Shown one piece after another: positions 1 through 8,709 of a DNA stretch of 64,000 nt. How positions within the stretch are numbered: position 1 is the stretch's first letter; every line of letters starts with the position of its first letter. Under the pieces are notes generated by a model. It did no database searches, was not told the DNA's origin, and saw only the letters and a list, made by a program, of their open reading frames with translations. The stretch comes from a virus: IMG/VR virus record IMGVR_UViG_3300049459_000229, positions 23,831 to 87,830 of that record. One strand, 5' to 3'. Position numbers and translations under genes: made by a program.

Positions 1-42
1 GCAGGAGTTGGCATTCTGCTTCAATCAGCCCAAGGAGCCCTC

Positions 43-351
43 ATGAAGCTCGCCTACCTCGACCTCTCCAACGGCCACCTGACCGAGGCGACCTTCGCAC
101 TGCTGGGCAAGCATTTCCAGTACACCAGCAATCCGATCGAAGTCGGTCTGGACTGGCCGGCTATGACCGTTGTGACGCACGGCTACGGCGTCTTCATGAC
201 CGTGCCCTACGACTACTCACTGCAGCAGGGTGAGGCCGTGCCGGAAGACCTTGCGCGCGTGCTGGCTGCCGCTCGGCTGCGTGACGCCACCCTGATCCGC
301 TTCGATGTCGACGGCGACGTCGATTCCACCCTCCCTTACTACGAATGGTGA
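43..351 (+). CDS. Hypothetical early phage protein
   Basis: AAGGAG RBS, coding-like composition. Confidence 0.75.
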   Translation: MKLAYLDLSNGHLTEATFALLGKHFQYTSNPIEVGLDWPAMTVVTHGYGVFMTVPYDYSLQQGEAVPEDLARVLAAARLRDATLIRFDVDGDVDSTLPYYEW

Positions 352-354
352 CCC

Positions 355-675
355 ATGCAAGACATCGACATCAAATCCCTCAAGCCTGGCGATATCCTCG
401 AATTCGAAGGCGTCTTCCAGGTTTCGCCCTATGGTTGGACCAGTATTAACAGTGGCGCTGGTATCCCCGACTACGTGACCATCGCGCCGGTCAAGATCTC
501 CGTCACCGTGCCGGACGGCTTCAACGGCATCACGGCCATGGTGCAGGTGCTGGACGATAAGGCTGAGGCGGTCCGCAAGGAAGCCGACGGCAAGATCCTG
601 GTGCTCACGAAGCAGAAGAACGACCTGCTGCAGCTGAGCTACGGCGGCCAGGAGATTCTCGATGCGGAGGCCTGA
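355..675 (+). CDS. Hypothetical protein
   Basis: Tightly packed ORF, coding-like codon usage. Confidence 0.75.
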   Translation: MQDIDIKSLKPGDILEFEGVFQVSPYGWTSINSGAGIPDYVTIAPVKISVTVPDGFNGITAMVQVLDDKAEAVRKEADGKILVLTKQKNDLLQLSYGGQEILDAEA

Positions 676-676
676 C

Positions 677-865
677 ATGCAACTCGAAATCAAAACCGTC
701 ATCGACTTTGGCGAGGACGGCCCGCCGCCCGGCGACTACAACGACATTCTGCGCTTCGCCGTCGAGCGCCTGAACGAGCATGTCCTGACGCCACTGTGCA
801 ATACCTACGGCGCCCAGGCCTCCACCAACACCGGCTGGACCAGCTCGGGAGACGACGAAGAATGA
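677..865 (+). CDS. Hypothetical acidic protein (MQLEIK...)
   Basis: GGAGG RBS, TGACATG junction. Confidence 0.65.
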   Translation: MQLEIKTVIDFGEDGPPPGDYNDILRFAVERLNEHVLTPLCNTYGAQASTNTGWTSSGDDEE

Positions 866-1101
866 ACCGCGCACACCTCGCCGCCGTCGTCGCGGCTGGC
901 CAAGACCTTGCCAGCGCGGCCGCCGGCCTGCTGCAGGCTCACGCCCACCGCCAGGGCCTCGAATCCTTGCGCCTGCGGATGATTCCTGAAGCCTGGCCGC
1001 CGGTGGGCGAGCAGGCTGACCGCCGCGTGCGCGAAGCGCAGTGGCGCTACGATAACGCGGCCGCCGCGGTGCGGCGCCTGACAACGAAGGAGGCGGCATG
1101 A
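862..1101 (+). CDS. Hypothetical protein (MNRAHL...)
   Basis: ATGA overlaps at both ends. Confidence 0.65.
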   Translation: MNRAHLAAVVAAGQDLASAAAGLLQAHAHRQGLESLRLRMIPEAWPPVGEQADRRVREAQWRYDNAAAAVRRLTTKEAA

Positions 1102-1304
1102 ATCTCCAGCGCATGTGGATCAATCAGCCTTCCACGCTGCAGCATGGCCACAGCCTGCACGGCCGGCTGGTGCTGGCGTACCGTGAGGTCGGTGAGACCT
1201 GGCGTATCTACTTCCTCACCGGCCCTGTCGTCAGCCAGCAAATCGACGGCGCGGCGCTGTCGCCGGGCTGGCCCGAACACCTGCAAACCAAGGAGCCCAC
1301 ATGA
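1098..1304 (+). CDS. Hypothetical protein
   Basis: AGGAGG RBS, ATGA coupling. Confidence 0.7.
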   Translation: MNLQRMWINQPSTLQHGHSLHGRLVLAYREVGETWRIYFLTGPVVSQQIDGAALSPGWPEHLQTKEPT

Positions 1305-1516
1305 AAGGCATCACCACCCGCGACATCGAGCACTACAACCCGCGCTGCAACGCCCGCGGCACGATCAAGGCCGGCACCGAGGTGGTCCTGATCAAGAAAG
1401 AAGGCTGGTCTGGCTGGGTCGTGAAGCATCGCGGCGACGCCGGCTTCATGTCAAAGTTCGACTGGGACCATAGCTACGTTGACGTGCCGGCTGACGCCGT
1501 GAAGGGGCTGCTATGA
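1301..1516 (+). CDS. Hypothetical protein
   Basis: AAGGAG RBS, ATGA coupling. Confidence 0.7.
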   Translation: MKGITTRDIEHYNPRCNARGTIKAGTEVVLIKKEGWSGWVVKHRGDAGFMSKFDWDHSYVDVPADAVKGLL

Positions 1517-1602
1517 ATTTCTGGATATGTAAGTGTGGGCACCACAACCCCTGGGCCAATAAGGCTTGTGGCCGCTGCTATCTCGCGAGGGTGTCGCCAT
1601 GA
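1513..1602 (+). CDS. 29-aa zinc-finger microprotein (MNFWICKCGHHNPWANKACGRCYLARVSP)
   Basis: Not in ORF track; ATGA-coupled at both ends; W-x-C-x-C-x3-N-x6-C-x2-C pattern resembling RanBP2-type fingers. Confidence 0.6.
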   Translation: MNFWICKCGHHNPWANKACGRCYLARVSP

Positions 1603-1812
1603 ACATCGGTGACCGCGTCGACACCCACTCCCACGGCCTGGGCCAGATCGTGAACGAGGAGCGTGCCAACGCAGGCTGGCCCGACCGCCCGAACATGGTC
1701 CTCACCGGCACGCTACGGCGTGCTGCTGGACGACGCCGACCAGTACCCATGGTTCACCGGCGGCATCGCCTACTTCCAGCCGCACGAACTCACCCTGAAG
1801 GAGTCGAAATGA
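1599..1812 (+). pseudogene. Hypothetical 70-aa gene with an apparent 1-nt insertion near 1710
   Basis: Removing one A at 1710 gives MNIGDRV...LTG-RYGVLLDD...LKESK*, ending in an ATGA overlap with the next gene. Confidence 0.55.
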
Positions 1813-2147
1813 CCTACCAACGCGTCATCCCACGCGACCTCTTCAACGAGGCCAGCCTCCTGAAGTGCTACGGCCAGCTGTACCTACAGCTGGAATTCCA
1901 CAACTTCCCAGGCGTCGAGCTGGTGCACATCCGGAATGCTTTCGACGTGCGTCAGGATCAGCGCAGCGGGGCGATCTACATCGACAACATCCGGCTGTCC
2001 GCCCGCGGCGTGCTGTATGGTTTCTGGCGCCCGCGCAACAGCCGTGCACCGTATCCCCTTTATCTCAACGCCGGTGATGACGACATTGCCGTCTTCAACG
2101 ACGACGGCACCTTCACCGCTGAGATGCTCGACTTCCTGCGAGGCTGA
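1809..2147 (+). CDS. Hypothetical protein (MTYQRVIPRDLFNEA...)
   Basis: AAGGAG RBS before ATG 1809. Confidence 0.75.
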   Translation: MTYQRVIPRDLFNEASLLKCYGQLYLQLEFHNFPGVELVHIRNAFDVRQDQRSGAIYIDNIRLSARGVLYGFWRPRNSRAPYPLYLNAGDDDIAVFNDDGTFTAEMLDFLRG

Positions 2148-2148
2148 C

Positions 2149-2238
2149 ATGCGCAAGCTCTGGATCCTTGCAGCCGTGGCCTTCGTGCTGGCCGTTTACA
2201 TCACCAACCATGGCCCTTTTGTGGCCGGAATAGGGTAA
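2149..2238 (+). CDS. 29-aa single-TM peptide (MRKLWILAAVAFVLAVYITNHGPFVAGIG)
   Basis: GAGG RBS, TGACATG junction, hydrophobic helix, fills the gap between genes. Confidence 0.55.
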   Translation: MRKLWILAAVAFVLAVYITNHGPFVAGIG

Positions 2239-2240
2239 TT

Positions 2241-2438
2241 ATGAACTTCACACCGCACGACCCCGACACCGACCTGATGACGGCCGCTGAATTCCAGGTC
2301 AATGTCAAAGCCGGCGGCTTCATCCGCACCGATGGCGATGGCTACTGGGCCACCATCGACGGTCACGACATGAACGCCAGCGTCTGGTCCATTCCGCAAC
2401 CCGCCTGGGCCACCCATGTGGCATGGCTCAATAAGTAG
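2241..2438 (+). CDS. Hypothetical protein
   Basis: Packed ORF with coding-like codon usage. Confidence 0.7.
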   Translation: MNFTPHDPDTDLMTAAEFQVNVKAGGFIRTDGDGYWATIDGHDMNASVWSIPQPAWATHVAWLNK

Positions 2439-2446
2439 GTGCTAAA

Positions 2447-2785
2447 ATGTTGTCTCTTATCAACAACACTGAAAGCCTCGACATGCACCTCGCCTATGCA
2501 GCCCTGAATCCAGCCCAGGACATCAACCAGATCAACGCCTGGAAGCTCGTGCTGTTCCAGTTCAACATGGCTCTGCCGCCGACCACCGGCCTGTCGCCGA
2601 TCGACAACGCGCTGATTTTCGCGCAGTCGCACGACATGAACCAGCTGTCGACCACGCCCGAGTTCAACACCGCCGCCAACGAGTATTTCGGCGACTACTA
2701 CGCCGAGCTCAACGGCGTGCCGGCGCCGGACATCGGCCCGTGTATCGACCTGGCCTGGGGCTCGCAAAACGGGCGCACCGCATAA
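2447..2785 (+). CDS. Hypothetical protein
   Basis: AGGT RBS; followed by a terminator. Confidence 0.7.
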   Translation: MLSLINNTESLDMHLAYAALNPAQDINQINAWKLVLFQFNMALPPTTGLSPIDNALIFAQSHDMNQLSTTPEFNTAANEYFGDYYAELNGVPAPDIGPCIDLAWGSQNGRTA

Positions 2786-2806
2786 GCCGAGCCTGCTTTA
2801 ATCTGC

Positions 2807-2836
2807 AACCGCCACCTTGCGTGGCGGTTTTCTTTT
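2807..2836 (+). terminator. Rho-independent terminator
   Basis: AACCGCCAC-cttgc-GTGGCGGTT followed by TTCTTTT. Confidence 0.85.
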
Positions 2837-2872
2837 GGCGGGCACGCCGCCACCTAGCCTGAAAGGATCCCT

Positions 2873-3238
2873 ATGTACTGCCCCGACTACACCATCAAGT
2901 TCGTCATCAAATCCTCCGAAAGCGTCGATACGCTGGTCAGTGCTCTGCAGGCCGTCTACGACAATAACGGCCCATCCGGCAACTTCACCATCGAAGCTAT
3001 TAACCTCAAGTCGGACTGGCGCTACTTCACCTTCACCCGCAGCCTGGAACTGGATGCCGAGGACATCGTCGAGCGCATGGCCAAGTCCTACTTCAACCTC
3101 ACGGCGCGTGAAGCTGCCTGTCAGCTGCTTAGCGAGGAGCTGTCGAGTGCCGGCGCCGACAGTGCTCTGGTGAAGGAGCTTGTATCGGAGTTGCGCGCCG
3201 CCGGAGTAGCCTTCCCGCAGCCCGAGGAACAGCCATGA
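2873..3238 (+). CDS. Hypothetical protein
   Basis: AAGGA RBS. Confidence 0.7.
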   Translation: MYCPDYTIKFVIKSSESVDTLVSALQAVYDNNGPSGNFTIEAINLKSDWRYFTFTRSLELDAEDIVERMAKSYFNLTAREAACQLLSEELSSAGADSALVKELVSELRAAGVAFPQPEEQP

Positions 3239-3504
3239 CCATCCCCGCCAACCTCACCCACGCCGAAGTCGGCGCCTTCCTCATGGCCGTCGGCCAGCAC
3301 ATGATCGACCACGATGTGTGCGCCGAGGCTGTGGTGCAGCCGGAAGACGTGCGCGACAACCTGCCCTACGCCGAGAATCTGGCGCACAGCATGATCGACG
3401 CCTACATCTACCTGCCGATGCACCCGGGCCGCGCCCTCGAGATCTTGCAAAGCCTCACGCTAGAGGAGGCGATCGCCTTCGTCCAGTTGCCGAAAGGACT
3501 CTGA
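3235..3504 (+). CDS. Hypothetical protein
   Basis: ATGA coupling, GAGGA RBS. Confidence 0.7.
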   Translation: MTIPANLTHAEVGAFLMAVGQHMIDHDVCAEAVVQPEDVRDNLPYAENLAHSMIDAYIYLPMHPGRALEILQSLTLEEAIAFVQLPKGL

Positions 3505-3716
3505 TGACCACCACCCTCTACTACCTGACCCGCACCGCCAGCAGCCTGGTCGAGCTGCGCCAGCAGCGCTACCGCGCGCAACTCGAGGCCGGCCGCGAGC
3601 ACCCGCACGACGTGTGCGCCGTTGCCCGGAGCAAGACCGAGATGCGCGCCATGCTGGCGCGCTTTCGCTTCGGCCCGGTCGAATGGGACTCGATCGAGGA
3701 AGACTGCCATGCATAA
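3504..3716 (+). CDS. Hypothetical protein (MTTTLYY...)
   Basis: TGATG coupling, AAGGA RBS. Confidence 0.65.
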   Translation: MTTTLYYLTRTASSLVELRQQRYRAQLEAGREHPHDVCAVARSKTEMRAMLARFRFGPVEWDSIEEDCHA

Positions 3717-4098
3717 TTACGTCCTCACCGTCAAGCACGACCGCGGCATCGTGCATATCCACACCACGGCCGACAGCGCTGACGGCGCGCGCCAGATCGT
3801 CATGGCTGCCGAGCGCTGCCCTGAGCGGGCTATCCGCCGCGTGCGTGCCTACGATGCCGACGGCTTCGAGCTCGACGCGCGCGGCCAGCGCAAGACCATC
3901 GCCGGCGCTACCGTGAACATGCACGAAAGCTTTTCGAAGAATGGCCAGAGCCGGCCTGACAAGGTGCCCACGCGCTGGGAGATCCAGCTGCCCGGCGACG
4001 TGCGCTGGCGCCGCGTCTACAGCACCCGGCACTCCGGGCTGCGTTACATCACCCTCGACGGCCTGAAGGTCGTCGTTTCACTTCCGGAGGCACTATGA
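3709..4098 (+). CDS. Hypothetical protein (MHNYVL...)
   Basis: GAGGA RBS, short overlap. Confidence 0.7.
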   Translation: MHNYVLTVKHDRGIVHIHTTADSADGARQIVMAAERCPERAIRRVRAYDADGFELDARGQRKTIAGATVNMHESFSKNGQSRPDKVPTRWEIQLPGDVRWRRVYSTRHSGLRYITLDGLKVVVSLPEAL

Positions 4099-4310
4099 AC
4101 GAAGCACATCTCGAAGCGGCGCGCGCTGCGGCCGCAGAATTCATCGCAGCCAGCAGAACCCTGCAGCTCTGGCAGGCCGAGGCCCGGCAGGTCGCGGCCG
4201 GCACTTCAGCTGCGCCGTATGACGTGGTACTGGAGCGGATCGCCAGCAACGAGTCGATCGTCGTCGGCAGGGCCGAGGTCCTGCGACTTGCGCTGGGAGC
4301 GCTGGAATGA
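4095..4310 (+). CDS. Hypothetical protein
   Basis: GGAGG RBS, ATGA coupling. Confidence 0.65.
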   Translation: MNEAHLEAARAAAAEFIAASRTLQLWQAEARQVAAGTSAAPYDVVLERIASNESIVVGRAEVLRLALGALE

Positions 4311-4555
4311 TCACCTATCTGATCGCGCCGGCTCTGACCGACCAGGCCGGCCAGTGCCGCATCGTCGCGCGCCACCACGGCCCGCACTTCAAGCCCGACC
4401 TCGCCAACTATCGGCAGGCGCCCACCGCCTGGTCCGAGGCCGGCATCATGGACAGCCGCGGTAAGCTGGTCTGCCTGTCCAACTCTGAGCACTTCAAAGA
4501 CATGCAGGCCTGTGAGCCGCTGGCTGCTGGCACCACCTTCACCTATGAGGACTGA
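4307..4555 (+). CDS. Hypothetical protein
   Basis: ATGA coupling. Confidence 0.7.
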   Translation: MITYLIAPALTDQAGQCRIVARHHGPHFKPDLANYRQAPTAWSEAGIMDSRGKLVCLSNSEHFKDMQACEPLAAGTTFTYED

Positions 4556-4556
4556 C

Positions 4557-4709
4557 ATGACCAATCAGGATCGCAGCGAATTTCAGGACTACCTGCAGGC
4601 CTGCACCGATGATCAGGTGTGGGGTGTGTACGAAAAAGAGCGCGCCGCCGGCCGCTACGACTATGCTGAGCTGGCGCATGCCGAGCTGGTGCGGAGGCGG
4701 CTCGAATGA
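4557..4709 (+). CDS. Hypothetical 50-aa protein (MTNQDRSEF...)
   Basis: GAGGA RBS, TGACATG junction. Confidence 0.6.
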   Translation: MTNQDRSEFQDYLQACTDDQVWGVYEKERAAGRYDYAELAHAELVRRRLE

Positions 4710-4757
4710 GCCGCCTCGCCGGCACTGACGCCATTTTCATTCTGTGAAAGGGCAGCC

Positions 4758-4964
4758 ATGAAACCCATCGAAGAACGCACCGTCTTCGTCACTGACGACG
4801 GTCAGCAGCACGCCACGCGGCAGGCTGCGGAGAGTCACAACTACTACCAGGACCTTGTCGACCGGCTGAGGCAGGATGTAGACCTTGCCGGCGCCGACTT
4901 CACCAGCCACGAGGAGATCGTCCTGTGGTTCACTACTCGCTTTAAATTGGAACCGAAACCATGA
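4758..4964 (+). CDS. Hypothetical protein
   Basis: AAGGG RBS, coupled to the next gene. Confidence 0.65.
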   Translation: MKPIEERTVFVTDDGQQHATRQAAESHNYYQDLVDRLRQDVDLAGADFTSHEEIVLWFTTRFKLEPKP

Positions 4965-5410
4965 AATCTATCACCCCTAGCATGCTGCAGGCTGCTGCCC
5001 AAATTAACGACCTCGACGAGGCCCTGCGCAGCGTGATGGATGTTGTCGGCATCGACGACGGCGGCGTGGCCGCTCTGGTGTTTTCTGGCGATGACTGGAA
5101 CGCGCGCTGGCCGGACGAGCACCATAATAGTCGAATGGCCATGCTCAGAAAGTGGGCTGACGCTGAAGAGTCCTACGCTGGCCCGGGCGGCCCAGCCCTG
5201 CCACCTGACCCCGACGAACTGAACGACAAGCGTGCTGAATGGGCCGACCGTGCCATCGTCGAATTTCAGGATGCCACCGGCACCGACCGCGAAGACGCGC
5301 TGGCTGACCTGCTGTGCAATCTGATGCACTGGTGTGACCGCAACGGCTTCGGCTTCGACGAAGAGCTCGAGCACGGCCGCGGCATGTACCAGGACGAGGT
5401 GCGGCCGTGA
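4961..5410 (+). CDS. Hypothetical protein; acidic helical C-terminal domain (DALADLLCNLMHWCD)
   Basis: ATGA coupling; the C-terminus weakly resembles half of an all-alpha NTP-PPase fold. Confidence 0.7.
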   Translation: MKSITPSMLQAAAQINDLDEALRSVMDVVGIDDGGVAALVFSGDDWNARWPDEHHNSRMAMLRKWADAEESYAGPGGPALPPDPDELNDKRAEWADRAIVEFQDATGTDREDALADLLCNLMHWCDRNGFGFDEELEHGRGMYQDEVRP

Positions 5411-5598
5411 ACGGCCGCTACACGATCGAGACCTGGGAACTTGCCAAGTCCCGGTTCTATGGCGTCGTGGCTCCGCTGCGGGAGCGCCTGCCCAAGCTTC
5501 TGGAGGACCCGGACATCGCTGCCGCGGTGTCTGCCATTCGTAACGCCGAGCGCGCAATCGAAGCGCGTGTGCAGGAACTTCTCAAGGACCCAACATGA
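5407..5598 (+). CDS. Hypothetical protein
   Basis: GTGA coupling, GAGGT RBS. Confidence 0.6.
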   Translation: MNGRYTIETWELAKSRFYGVVAPLRERLPKLLEDPDIAAAVSAIRNAERAIEARVQELLKDPT

Positions 5599-5990
5599 TC
5601 ATCTCCCAACCCAACGACGGCCGCGGCCTGCTCTACCACATCGTCAACCTGCTTGGCCAGACCGTGCACGCCTACCGCGACCTCGATGCGGTGATCCTCT
5701 CGCGCGAGGGTGACCAGCGCATCTGCATCCAGATCGAGGCCAGTGGCCGCTGGCTGACCGACGTGCCGGCGCCGCTCGTGCCAGTCAACGGTGGACCATA
5801 CCGCGCTGACCTGGCGCGCGCCGACCGCCTGCTCTCCGCCGACGAGCTGCGCGATAAGTACACCACTGCCAAGGACTGCGGCGAGCACCCGCAGTACCGG
5901 CGTTTCGATTGGCGCCACGAGGTAAATTCCGACAGCACCGTGCGCGGCTACTGGGACTGGGTCGCAGCGCAGCTGGAGGAAGAAGAGTGA
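5595..5990 (+). CDS. Hypothetical protein
   Basis: AAGGA RBS, ATGA coupling. Confidence 0.7.
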   Translation: MIISQPNDGRGLLYHIVNLLGQTVHAYRDLDAVILSREGDQRICIQIEASGRWLTDVPAPLVPVNGGPYRADLARADRLLSADELRDKYTTAKDCGEHPQYRRFDWRHEVNSDSTVRGYWDWVAAQLEEEE

Positions 5991-6274
5991 CCCCACCCAT
6001 CACCCGCGAGCAGTTCGAGCCGCTGCGCCCGATGCTGGAGAACCTCCACAAGAAGACCCGGCCGCGCATGCACGACCTGTACGACGTCGTCTGCGCTATC
6101 CTGGCGCGCGAACAGCATGGCCTGACCTGGCGCACGCTGCCGGCCGGCTCGCCGCCGTGGCGCACCGTGCACGAATATCACGCCCAGTGGACGATGCCCG
6201 GCCGCGACGGCGCCGAGCCTGTCATGTCCCATATCTACCGGACGCTGCAAGGCGTCTGGCCGCCCAAGGAGTAA
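5987..6274 (+). CDS. Orphan IS5-family transposase N-terminal (DUF4096-like) HTH domain protein
   Basis: ITREQFEPLRPMLE...KKTRPR..DLYDVVCAIL...G.TWRTLP...PPWRTVHEYHAQW matches the IS5/IS427 transposase N-terminus; GGAGG RBS, GTGA coupling; no DDE domain follows. Confidence 0.75.
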   Translation: MTPPITREQFEPLRPMLENLHKKTRPRMHDLYDVVCAILAREQHGLTWRTLPAGSPPWRTVHEYHAQWTMPGRDGAEPVMSHIYRTLQGVWPPKE

Positions 6275-6277
6275 ATC

Positions 6278-6619
6278 ATGCCCTACCAGGAAATGCACGT
6301 CGATCCCGACCTGTACATCATGCAAGCCGGTGTTGCGATCTACCACGCCTACAAGGACGACGATTACAGCGGCGGCCCGCTGAAGTACCACTTCACGACC
6401 AACGCCAGCGACGACAGCGCCGAATTTAAGTTCGACGTGCGCGACCTCGACTCGGTGCACCTGCTGGGCCAGCACCCGCCCTTCATCACCAGCGCCAACA
6501 ACACGCCGGAGCTGAAAGAGGCCTGGTGCCGCTGGCACGATGTCGAAGAGCCGGATCACATCCGCGCCATCATCATGGCGTCGATCGACGCCGGCCTACT
6601 CACCAATCCCAAGGACTGA
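6278..6619 (+). CDS. Hypothetical protein
   Basis: AAGGAG RBS. Confidence 0.75.
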   Translation: MPYQEMHVDPDLYIMQAGVAIYHAYKDDDYSGGPLKYHFTTNASDDSAEFKFDVRDLDSVHLLGQHPPFITSANNTPELKEAWCRWHDVEEPDHIRAIIMASIDAGLLTNPKD

Positions 6620-6622
6620 CCA

Positions 6623-7045
6623 ATGAAGCCTTCCCTCTACGCCCTCACCGACGCCGAACATGCCACCGTGCTGGCCGCGCTGCGTGACTATCAGGACTAC
6701 CTGACGGTCCATGGCGCACCTCGTGCTGACCTGCACGATATCGCCACCAACGGTGGTGCCATTGCGCCGCTCGATGACGACCAGGTTGACCGGCTGTGCG
6801 AAAGCCTGAACCACGAAGGCCTGACGTTTGGCGAGGTCGTCAATCTGCTGGGCGACGACGAGCAAGCCCCGCACGCAGCTGGCGCGAACAAGCACCGGCT
6901 CGTGCAGGAGGGCACGCTTGAAGTAGACCCGGTGACCGTCGTTTCGCGTAGCGCCGACGGCGGCGCTTATGTCATGTGCTGGCTGTGGGTTTCCGACGAG
7001 CTGGCCGGCGTTGAACCGGAGCCTACTGGTATGCAGGAGGGCTGA
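6623..7045 (+). CDS. Hypothetical protein
   Basis: AAGGA RBS. Confidence 0.75.
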   Translation: MKPSLYALTDAEHATVLAALRDYQDYLTVHGAPRADLHDIATNGGAIAPLDDDQVDRLCESLNHEGLTFGEVVNLLGDDEQAPHAAGANKHRLVQEGTLEVDPVTVVSRSADGGAYVMCWLWVSDELAGVEPEPTGMQEG

Positions 7046-7046
7046 C

Positions 7047-7310
7047 ATGCGCTTCAACTCGTCCGAAGAAGTCCTCGCGTGGGCTGAGAAGGTGGCGCGC
7101 GAAGACATCGCCCGCCACCGTGAGCACAACATCGACCTCAACCCGTTCTGCACCCAAGGTGCCCGCAACGACTGGCAGCGCGGCTTCGACAACGCCGGGC
7201 CGCGCAGCTACGAAGGGCCGCGCGACTTTGACACCATCTACCAGCGCGGCCGCGCCGTGGCGCGCCTGCTGGAGCAGGAAGCTGCCGCCAACAAGGAGAA
7301 CGACAAATGA
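7047..7310 (+). CDS. Hypothetical protein (MRFNSSEE...)
   Basis: AGGAGG RBS, TGACATG junction. Confidence 0.7.
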   Translation: MRFNSSEEVLAWAEKVAREDIARHREHNIDLNPFCTQGARNDWQRGFDNAGPRSYEGPRDFDTIYQRGRAVARLLEQEAAANKENDK

Positions 7311-7492
7311 CTCACCGCCTTACCCTGCGCCTGACGCTCGACATCACCTACGACGTCGGCGATGCCGACTCGCGCGACCTCGAAGACAACCTGCTGGGTC
7401 TGGCGACGCGCGGCTGCCGCGAAGGCCTGTTTACCGGCAGCCTGGATGCGACCGTGGTGGTCGCCAACCCTTCCGTGGAGATTCTCGAATGA
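7307..7492 (+). CDS. Hypothetical protein
   Basis: AAGGAG RBS, ATGA coupling. Confidence 0.65.
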   Translation: MTHRLTLRLTLDITYDVGDADSRDLEDNLLGLATRGCREGLFTGSLDATVVVANPSVEILE

Positions 7493-7950
7493 AGCACCAA
7501 TTCACCCTCACCGTTGGCACCGACGCCACGCTGCAGCAGGACCAGGTTTGCCAGTTGGTGCAAGACACGCTGGAAGTTGGGCAGTCCCGTGCTGAGACCT
7601 ACGCCAAGACTGGCGCAGGCGCCGGCATGGCATTTGCTCAGGCCGACGCCATCCGCAAGATGGAATTCACCCTCGTCCCGGTGCCGGCGCCGACCACGCA
7701 GCTGGCGGCCGAGGCGCGCCTGTTCGTCATGGCACTGGACGAGATGGGCTTTGGCGCCGACGACCCGATCAACGGTGGCGACTGCGTCGAATTCATCGAC
7801 CAGCACCAGGCGCTGCTGCGGCGTCTGCCGGCGCTGGCCGAACTTGCGGGCGCGGTCGATACCTTCCTCGCGGCCCGCGTGCCGAAAGACGGCAGCTACA
7901 GCCAGATCATCGTGCCGCTGATCGCCGCCCACATGAGGGTGAAATCATGA
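7489..7950 (+). CDS. Hypothetical protein (MKHQFTL...)
   Basis: GGAG RBS, ATGA coupling. Confidence 0.7.
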   Translation: MKHQFTLTVGTDATLQQDQVCQLVQDTLEVGQSRAETYAKTGAGAGMAFAQADAIRKMEFTLVPVPAPTTQLAAEARLFVMALDEMGFGADDPINGGDCVEFIDQHQALLRRLPALAELAGAVDTFLAARVPKDGSYSQIIVPLIAAHMRVKS

Positions 7951-8204
7951 ACTCGCCCAGCAATCGCATGCTGCAGGCGTTACAGCTCGCCGTGGCTGCG
8001 CAGCGCGCGGTCCACGAGACGCTGAACGATCTAGAGGACGCGATCACGTCCAATGGCCTGAACGAGGCCCAGCAGGAGCTGCTGGCCGAGGAGGTAACCG
8101 ACCTTGCGCTGGGCGACCCACTGATCGACGGGCTGATCGACCGGCCTGTTAGCAGAGAGGATCTGGAGTCGATCCTGCGTGCACTCGCAGCGGAGGCGCC
8201 GTGA
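7947..8204 (+). CDS. Hypothetical protein
   Basis: ATGA coupling. Confidence 0.65.
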   Translation: MNSPSNRMLQALQLAVAAQRAVHETLNDLEDAITSNGLNEAQQELLAEEVTDLALGDPLIDGLIDRPVSREDLESILRALAAEAP

Positions 8205-8398
8205 AGGAATCCGACATCGTCTACGAGGTCGACCGTTTCTGGGTGCTTCGTGACCTCAAGCGCCATGGCTACACGGTGTTCGAGTCCGGCATCACCCACT
8301 CCACCAGCGATAGCACCTACCCGCTTGACGATGCTGGCCTGAGTCTGGCCAAGGCGCGCGTCGACTACCTCGCTAAACACAGAAAGGAACTGACATGA
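8201..8398 (+). CDS. Hypothetical protein
   Basis: GGAGG RBS, GTGA coupling. Confidence 0.7.
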   Translation: MKESDIVYEVDRFWVLRDLKRHGYTVFESGITHSTSDSTYPLDDAGLSLAKARVDYLAKHRKELT

Positions 8399-8709
8399 AA
8401 GATCAACCCGTATCCGAGCGCATCGCTGCGCTCGACGACACCAGCAAGACACCTGAACGCAAGGCGTACGAACTGCAGGCGGACTACACGATGCGCGGCC
8501 TGCTCGCTGCGCGCCGCGAGCTCCTCGGCCTGATCGTGGGCGCCGAGGAGCGCGGCATCGTCCTGACGATCGACCTGCAGTCGCTGCAGCCGCCGGCGAT
8601 GGGCAGGACGCAGATGATCGGCGACGTGCGCATCTCCCGCGAGCGCCAGCGCGAGCTGGAAGAGCTGCGCAAGGCGGCCGAGAAGTCGGAGGAGGTGCGC
8701 GATGCGTGA
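8395..8709 (+). CDS. Hypothetical protein
   Basis: AAGGA RBS, ATGA coupling. Confidence 0.7.
   Translation: MKDQPVSERIAALDDTSKTPERKAYELQADYTMRGLLAARRELLGLIVGAEERGIVLTIDLQSLQPPAMGRTQMIGDVRISRERQRELEELRKAAEKSEEVRDA

Noticed and set aside
4706-4747. 13-codon ORF MSRLAGTDAIFIL
   Set aside because: ATGA-coupled but too short to support
5987-6619. Possible intact IS5 element
   Set aside because: No DDE catalytic ORF, terminal inverted repeats or target duplication seen; only the N-terminal domain is present
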